Part shown: positions 58,126 through 64,000 of the stretch, piece by piece
Numbering within the stretch: the first letter of the stretch is position 1
Layout of the letters: the number at the start of each line of letters is the position of its first letter
Assembly (NCBI GenBank): GCA_032161105.1
Contig: JAVHTD010000002.1
Length of the DNA: 64,000 nucleotides
Direction: 5' to 3' (one strand)
From: Candidatus Thermosaccharophagus tengchongensis
Lineage (GTDB): Bacteria; Armatimonadota; Fervidibacteria; Fervidibacterales; Thermosaccharophagaceae
Notes under the pieces: generated by a model
The model's input: only the letters and a program-made list of their open reading frames with translations
Told to the model about the DNA's origin: nothing
Databases searched by the model: none
Position numbers and translations under genes: made by a program

Positions 58126-59685
58126 ATGAACGAGGGTGTTGGGATATTGAGTGCGATAACTTTTCTTCCGGCGCTCGGGGCACTGCTTGTCGTTTTGACG
58201 CCGAGGGAACGCGTCTCACTCATAAGGGCGATAGCGCATTGCATAAGCGCGTTTGTGCTCATACTATCGCTCTTTATGTTTGCCGATTTGGATAGGACCT
58301 CGCCGCACATGCAGTTTGTTGAGCGCTTCCTTTGGATACCCACCATCAACATCAGATACTACTTCGGTGTTGACGGCTTGAGTGCGCCGCTTGTTGTGCT
58401 CACAGCTTTGCTTTCTTTCCTGTCAATCGTCTACTCGCCAACCGCAATACGGCATCGTGAGAAGGAATATTATGCGCTCTTCCTCCTTCTCGAGACCGGC
58501 ATGATTGGCGTCTTCACGGCGCTTGACTTCATCTTCTTCTACATCTTTTGGGAGGTCAGCCTTGTGCCAATGTATTTCCTCATCGGGATCTGGGGCGGTC
58601 CAAAGCGAGAATATGCAGCCATCAAGTTTTTCCTCTACACGCTGTTCGGCTCGGTGTTCATGCTGCTTGCCATACTCACGCTTTACTACTTCAGCGGACC
58701 GCCATCGTATGACCCGACGCAGCCTCGCACATTTGACATGTTGGAGTTGATAAGGCAACAGCCGCTCAGCGGGCACATCGTAGCGCAGCTGCTTTGCTTC
58801 CTCGGCTTCTATCTTGCGTTTGCAATCAAGGTGCCCGTCTTCCCATTCCACACATGGCTTCCGGATGCGCATGTTGAAGCGCCGACAGCCGGCAGCGTCT
58901 TGCTCGCTGGAATATTGCTGAAGATGGGGACTTACGGCATGGTGCGCGTCTTGCTGCCTTTGTTCCCGGTGGCTTGCTCAATCTTTTGGAAACCATTGGC
59001 GGTGCTCGCCATCATAAACATCATCTATGGCGCTCTGGTTGCTATGGGGCAGGATGACTTGAAGAAGCTCGTTGCATACTCAAGCATTGCTCACATGGGC
59101 TTTGTCATGCTCGGTGTGGCTGCTGCGGCAAGGGCAACTTCCGATGTCCCAAGTGCCTTATTGGAAGCGCTCATTCGGGCGAAGGTCATTGCGCTCACCG
59201 GAGCAACGCTTGAAATGATTGCTCACGGTCTTATCACCGGAAGTTTGTTCCTGCTTGTTGGCGTCATCTACGAGCGTGTTCACCATCGTGACCTCAACTC
59301 CTTTGGCGGGCTGTGGAATCAAATGCCGGTCTACAGCGCTGTGCTCGCATTCATGGCATTGGCATCGCTCGGCTTGCCCGGGCTGGTTGGCTTCTGGGCA
59401 GAGTTCATGGCTCTGATGGGGGCGTTTGGAGTGTATGGTCATTTTGCATGGCTCGCCGTATTTGGCATTGTCATAGTCGCGGCTTTCTTCCTTTGGATGC
59501 TCCAAAGGATGCTCATGGGCTCTTTGCCGAAGGGTTATGAGACCCTCAAGGACATGGACATGCGCGAATGCATATCGCTCTTCCCGCTTGTCTTCCTTGT
59601 CTTCCTGCTCGGAGTATATCCGCAGCTTTTGCTTGAGCCGATAAGCGCGGTCATGATGCACATCGTAAAATCAATGCCGTTATAA
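58126..59685 (+). CDS. nuoM: NADH-quinone oxidoreductase subunit M
   Basis: FWE..LVPMY, KVPVFPFHTWLPDAHVEAPT and AYSSIAHMG motifs. Confidence 0.96.
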   Translation: MNEGVGILSAITFLPALGALLVVLTPRERVSLIRAIAHCISAFVLILSLFMFADLDRTSPHMQFVERFLWIPTINIRYYFGVDGLSAPLVVLTALLSFLSIVYSPTAIRHREKEYYALFLLLETGMIGVFTALDFIFFYIFWEVSLVPMYFLIGIWGGPKREYAAIKFFLYTLFGSVFMLLAILTLYYFSGPPSYDPTQPRTFDMLELIRQQPLSGHIVAQLLCFLGFYLAFAIKVPVFPFHTWLPDAHVEAPTAGSVLLAGILLKMGTYGMVRVLLPLFPVACSIFWKPLAVLAIINIIYGALVAMGQDDLKKLVAYSSIAHMGFVMLGVAAAARATSDVPSALLEALIRAKVIALTGATLEMIAHGLITGSLFLLVGVIYERVHHRDLNSFGGLWNQMPVYSAVLAFMALASLGLPGLVGFWAEFMALMGAFGVYGHFAWLAVFGIVIVAAFFLWMLQRMLMGSLPKGYETLKDMDMRECISLFPLVFLVFLLGVYPQLLLEPISAVMMHIVKSMPL

Positions 59686-59698
59686 GCGTGCGCTTTAG

Positions 59699-61252
59699 TT
59701 GGTGAGGTTGGAGGAGATGGATGAACTGATGGTGCTTTTTGGATATCTCGCTTCGGAGATGGTGCTTGCGGTAGGCGGCATAGTGATACTCGTCATTAAC
59801 TTCGCATCGCCGCATGTGAGGGGTCGTCATCTTGGCTACCTTGCGGCGTGCATCATCGGGCTGTCGGCATTTCTCATCCCTTGGCAGGGTTGGCTTGCCG
59901 CCGAAACACAAATTGTCAAATCAACCCTCCGCCCGTTCCTCGCCTTTTGTCTATCTCCGGACATGTATGCCACTTACTTCAAGTTTGCCATTGTCATTGG
60001 CATGCTCATCACCATCCTTGCATCGGTTGACTATGTTGAGGCGAGGCTTGAGGGTGTTTCAGGCGAGCTGTATGCCATGCTATGCTTTGTGGCACTGAGC
60101 ATGTCATTCATGGTATCGGCTGTTGAGCTTATAACGCTCTTCCTCGCAATAGAGCTAACAGGCATAGCATCCTATGCTCTTGCGTCCCTTGATGCTTCCA
60201 ATCCACGCTCAGCCGAAGCCGGGATCAAATACTTCCTCACGGGCGCAGCTGCAACTGCAGTAAGCCTCTACGGGATGTCGCTCATCTATGCCTTCTCAGG
60301 CACTACAAACCTTCGCGGGATACTCAGCGCCCATTCGGAAGTCGTTCCACAATGTCCGCACATCGTTCTCGTCAGCCTCGTGATGGTGATGGCGTCACTC
60401 GGCTTTAAGGGGGCACTTGTCCCATTTCATGCGTGGGCTCCCGACACATACGAAGGCGCGCCGACACCGGTGACCACATTCTTGGCTGCGGCATCAAAGG
60501 TGGCAGCAATGGGATTGGTCGCCCGGTTTGTGCTCTTTGGCTTCTCGGAGTCATGCGAGCTGTGGCGTCCCGTGATTTCAACCGTTAGCGCTCTCACGAT
60601 GACCATCGGAAATCTGTTCGCAATACCGCAGCGCAACATGAAACGCATGCTCGCATACTCCAGCATAGCTCATGCCGGCTATATGCTCATCGGGTTGGCT
60701 GCCGTATCGCAGTCCGAGATTGAATCAATGATGGGAAAGAGCCCCCTCGGGCACACCGATGTTTCAATGACCGGATTTCTCCTCTACGCGCTCGGGTATG
60801 CATTCGCTACAGGTGGTGCATTTACCGTGGTGCTCGCCGTCTCACATTCCATTGGCACGGAGGAGATACCGGGATATGCTGGGTTGTCACAGCGAATGCC
60901 GCATCTGGCGTGGGCACTCACCATCTTCTTCCTCTCGCTCATTGGCATACCGCCGCTTGTCGGCTTCTTCGCGAAGGCACTCATCTTCGCCGGAGCAATA
61001 TACTCGGGTTTGAGCTGGCTTGCAATCATCGGTGTGCTCAACAGCGTCATCTCGGGATACTACTATCTCAATGTCGTGAGACACATGTTCTTGCTTCCGC
61101 CAAGCGAGCATTCCGTTGAGCGGACCACACCTGCCACCGATGCCGCATTGCTCATAGCATTGCTTGGGACTGTCATGATCGGTCTGCTGCCAAACCCATT
61201 CTTGCGATGGATCAGGGATACGCTTTATGGCGTCATTATAATGCCGCGATGA
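59699..61252 (+). CDS. nuoN: NADH-quinone oxidoreductase subunit N
   Basis: EAGIKYF, PFHAWAPDTYEGAPTP, KRMLAYSSIAHAGY and SLIGIPP motifs. Confidence 0.95.
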   Translation: MVRLEEMDELMVLFGYLASEMVLAVGGIVILVINFASPHVRGRHLGYLAACIIGLSAFLIPWQGWLAAETQIVKSTLRPFLAFCLSPDMYATYFKFAIVIGMLITILASVDYVEARLEGVSGELYAMLCFVALSMSFMVSAVELITLFLAIELTGIASYALASLDASNPRSAEAGIKYFLTGAAATAVSLYGMSLIYAFSGTTNLRGILSAHSEVVPQCPHIVLVSLVMVMASLGFKGALVPFHAWAPDTYEGAPTPVTTFLAAASKVAAMGLVARFVLFGFSESCELWRPVISTVSALTMTIGNLFAIPQRNMKRMLAYSSIAHAGYMLIGLAAVSQSEIESMMGKSPLGHTDVSMTGFLLYALGYAFATGGAFTVVLAVSHSIGTEEIPGYAGLSQRMPHLAWALTIFFLSLIGIPPLVGFFAKALIFAGAIYSGLSWLAIIGVLNSVISGYYYLNVVRHMFLLPPSEHSVERTTPATDAALLIALLGTVMIGLLPNPFLRWIRDTLYGVIIMPR

Positions 61253-61284
61253 ACACCGCATGTTAAACTGGTTGGTGATGCCGT

Positions 61285-61734
61285 ATGGCAAAGGAACGCA
61301 CCTTCGTCATGCTCAAGCCGGATGCCATCCAGAGACGCCTTGTTGGAGAAATCATCTCTCGGTTTGAGCGCAGGGGTCTTAAGCTCGTCGGTATGAAGAT
61401 GGTTTGGATGAGCCGCAATAGGGCTGAGGAGTTATACGCTATGCACAGTGGCAAGCCGTTCTTTGATGCGCTGATAGCTTTTGTGACATCGTCTCCGGTC
61501 ATCGTTATGGTGTGGGAGGGAGAGAACGCGGTGGCGGCGGTGAGGCAGCTCATTGGTGCGACAAAGCCGAGTGAGGCAGATGTTGGGAGTGTGAGGGGTG
61601 ATTTCGGGTTGAGCGTGACCCTGAATTTGATACACGGTGCGGATTCGCCGCAATCCGCCGAGAGGGAAATGAGCTTGTTCTTCTCGGAGGAGGAGGTCTT
61701 CAACTACGAGATGTGCGATGAGACATGGATCTAA
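61285..61734 (+). CDS. ndk: Nucleoside diphosphate kinase
   Basis: ERTFVMLKPDA, GSVRGDF and NLIHGADS motifs. Confidence 0.97.
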   Translation: MAKERTFVMLKPDAIQRRLVGEIISRFERRGLKLVGMKMVWMSRNRAEELYAMHSGKPFFDALIAFVTSSPVIVMVWEGENAVAAVRQLIGATKPSEADVGSVRGDFGLSVTLNLIHGADSPQSAEREMSLFFSEEEVFNYEMCDETWI

Positions 61735-61746
61735 CGGGTGAGTTAG

Positions 61747-62766
61747 GTGAACTGGAAAAGTGATTTTACCATGCATGCGCAACTTCGCGATGCTGAATGG
61801 CTCACTGCAATTTGGGAACCTTTGGGCAGAGTGGAAAAGTTGCTGCGCGAGTGCGTCAGCACCTCAAGCGGCAGGTTGAGGGAGGTTGTTAACTACACGC
61901 TCAGCTCCGGCGGAAAGCGCATTCGCCCAGTGATTACGCTGCTCTCGGCGCAGGCGGTTGGTGATGTGAATGAGCGCACCATAGCTTATGCAGCTGCGAT
62001 TGAGTTGATACATACCGCAAGCTTGCTTCACGACGATGTGATTGATAATGCGAAGGTGCGCCGTGGTATGGTGACGGCGAATGTTCTTTGGGGTGACAGT
62101 GCTGCCATAGTTGGCGGTGACTTCCTTCTCGCCTGCGCCTTTGAATTGCTTTCAAGGTATGCCGATGTGCATGCCATGTGCGATATCGCTGGGACGGCGC
62201 AAAAGATGTGCCATGGTCAGATGCTTGAGTTGATGCACGCTTTTGATACCCAGATGAGCCGTGACCAGTATCTTGAGATTGTCAGGTTGAAGACTGCAGA
62301 GCTGTTTGCCTCGGCGTGCTTTGCCGGAAGCCTTTCCGGCGGCGCTGCCATTGAGGATGCAACTCGCCTGCGCAATTTCGGCTTGCTCATCGGGATAGCT
62401 TTCCAAATCGTTGATGACTTGTTAGACATCGTTGGCAGTGAGAGCGTGCTCGGCAAGCCGATAGGACAGGACTTGAAGAGCGGCAAGATGACGCTGCCCG
62501 TGATTGAGCTGCTTGAGAAGCTTAGAAGTGAGGGCGATGGACCCCTATTAAAGCGCATTGAAGATTCGCTTAACGAAAGAAGCGTCAGTGACGAACTCGT
62601 CTCCGTGCTGCAGCAACTCATCGTCACTCATGGCATTGATAAGCTTGTCAGGTCGTATGCGAGGCAGCTCTCCCATAGCGCAATAGAGGTGTTGAAGTGC
62701 CCACCCGCACAGCGCTGTGAGGCGCTCTCAAGCATTGCCAAATTTGTCGTTGACAGGGAGTTATGA
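61747..62766 (+). CDS. Long-chain polyprenyl diphosphate synthase (HepT/IspB-like)
   Basis: GGKRIRP, LLHDDVID..RRG, FQIVDDLLD and GKP.GQDL motifs. Confidence 0.93.
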   Translation: MNWKSDFTMHAQLRDAEWLTAIWEPLGRVEKLLRECVSTSSGRLREVVNYTLSSGGKRIRPVITLLSAQAVGDVNERTIAYAAAIELIHTASLLHDDVIDNAKVRRGMVTANVLWGDSAAIVGGDFLLACAFELLSRYADVHAMCDIAGTAQKMCHGQMLELMHAFDTQMSRDQYLEIVRLKTAELFASACFAGSLSGGAAIEDATRLRNFGLLIGIAFQIVDDLLDIVGSESVLGKPIGQDLKSGKMTLPVIELLEKLRSEGDGPLLKRIEDSLNERSVSDELVSVLQQLIVTHGIDKLVRSYARQLSHSAIEVLKCPPAQRCEALSSIAKFVVDREL

Positions 62767-62797
62767 GCGACAAGCATTGTGCAGGGGTGGTCGCAAA

Positions 62798-63559
62798 ATG
62801 AAGGCGATCGTGCTCGCCGCCGGATACGCAACGAGGCTTTATCCACTCACCCTGAATAAGGCGAAGCCGCTGCTCACCGTTGCCGGTAGACCAATGATTG
62901 AGCATGTGCTGATGCGCATTGCGCCGCTTGACCAAGTTGATGAAGTGCACATTGTTACGAACGATCGCTTCTATCACGACTTCGCTTCATGGCTCAATTC
63001 CTTTTCCCCATCGTTTTGCAAGCGCTTGGTGCTCCACAACGATGGGACAAGGAACAACGATGAGCGCAGGGGCGCAATTGGCGACATGGAGCTCGTAATC
63101 ACCTCAAGCAGCATTGGTGAGGATTGCCTCATTGTGGCTGGCGATAACCTTTTTGACTTTGACCTGCGTGGGTTTGCTCAGTTCGCAATTGAACATGGCA
63201 CGACGGTGGGACTATACAGGGTGGGCGATCCCGAATTGGTGAAGCGATACAGCGTCGTTGAGCTTGATGAGGCGGGTCGCATCATCCACTTTGAGGAGAA
63301 GCCGAAACACCCGCAAACGGACCTTGTTGCAATATGCCTTTACATCCTCAAGCACGAACATCTTCGCTTGATAAGCAACTACCTTGCCGATGGGTTGCCA
63401 AAGGACGAACCCGGCTACTTCATCCAATGGCTGCATAAGCGAGTTGATGTTTACGGCTATCCGTTCACCGGAATTTGGTTTGACATCGGAGACCATGAAA
63501 GCCTGCGTCGTGCTGATGAGGTTTTCAGGACACTCTCGGTGGAAGGTGGGATGCGGTAA
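62798..63559 (+). CDS. Sugar-phosphate nucleotidyltransferase family protein
   Basis: LAAGYATRLYPLT..KPLL, AGDNLF, FEEKP and WFDIG motifs. Confidence 0.9.
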   Translation: MKAIVLAAGYATRLYPLTLNKAKPLLTVAGRPMIEHVLMRIAPLDQVDEVHIVTNDRFYHDFASWLNSFSPSFCKRLVLHNDGTRNNDERRGAIGDMELVITSSSIGEDCLIVAGDNLFDFDLRGFAQFAIEHGTTVGLYRVGDPELVKRYSVVELDEAGRIIHFEEKPKHPQTDLVAICLYILKHEHLRLISNYLADGLPKDEPGYFIQWLHKRVDVYGYPFTGIWFDIGDHESLRRADEVFRTLSVEGGMR

Positions 63560-64000
63560 CATCTTCCAAGTCCCAGACTGCAACTGCATCAACATCCAAC
63601 CCGGCTGTTAGCCCCCTTTCAAGCCTGTAATATCCAGCGCAAGCTATCATTGCAGCATTATCTGTGCACAGTGCGATTGGTGGTATGACGAGCTTTATCC
63701 CGTAGCGTGATGCGAGCTCACCCATCCTTTGGCGCAACCTGCTGTTTGCCGCAACGCCGCCGACAACCGCTAACACATCCGCTTCGGTCATTTGTATTGC
63801 GCGCTCAGTTTGCTGTATGAGCATGTCCACAACGGCTTCTTGGAAGCTCGCGGCGATGTCGGCGACGGTGCATTTAGAGGCATCCTTTATGACATGGGCA
63901 TCACCGTATCCCTCAACGAACCGCACGACCGCCGTTTTCAACCCGGCAAAACTGAAGTCAAGCGATTCACCCATGTCGGCACGCGGGAAGGCAACCGCGT
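63525..64000 (-). CDS. tsaD: tRNA N6-threonylcarbamoyltransferase, C-terminal part; 5' end lies outside the window
   Basis: FSFAGLKT, IAASFQ, GGVAAN and CTDNAAMIA motifs. Confidence 0.95.
   Translation of the reverse strand, partial: AVAFPRADMGESLDFSFAGLKTAVVRFVEGYGDAHVIKDASKCTVADIAASFQEAVVDMLIQQTERAIQMTEADVLAVVGGVAANSRLRQRMGELASRYGIKLVIPPIALCTDNAAMIACAGYYRLERGLTAGLDVDAVAVWDLEDVTASHLPPRVS

Noticed and set aside
63525..63559. 35-bp 3' overlap between the nucleotidyltransferase gene and tsaD
   Set aside because: Short convergent overlaps are common in compact genomes.
1..64000. CRISPR array, tRNA/rRNA genes, prophage or integrase
   Set aside because: No regularly spaced direct repeats, tRNA-like sequences or phage/integrase motifs seen; intergenic gaps are short.

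Overview
Gene-dense bacterial chromosomal window with about 51 credible CDS. No rRNA, tRNA or CRISPR array was seen. Most of it is housekeeping or carbohydrate metabolism: trpF, glyQ, class II aldolase, ftsZ, dxr, glnA, nadB, aspartokinase, a nuoA-C-D-H-J-K-L-M-N cluster, ndk, a polyprenyl synthase, tsaD, glycosyltransferases and large secreted carbohydrate-active proteins. The DUF1559/H-X9-DG prepilin-like gene, Tat-exported Gfo/Idh/MocA oxidoreductase and HEAT-repeat gene suggest Armatimonadota or a PVC-like lineage (inference only). The most striking structure is a ~3.9 kb transposase-free cassette (25403-29285). It is bounded by 42-bp inverted repeats (37/42 identical) ending in TA, and it carries only an Mre11/SbcD-like nuclease and a Rad50/SbcC-like ATPase with degenerate ABC motifs. 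Removing the cassette in silico restores a continuous 3' end of the radical SAM gene that stops 4 bp from the ftsZ stop. Other oddities: a complex I cluster lacking every Fe-S subunit (nuoB, I, E, F, G), an active plus catalytically dead ketosynthase pair, a free-standing aspartokinase ACT subunit, an atypical Flp-like pilin, and apparent avoidance of several 4-bp palindromes. All calls come from motif recognition by eye; no database searches were run, and several start codons are best guesses.
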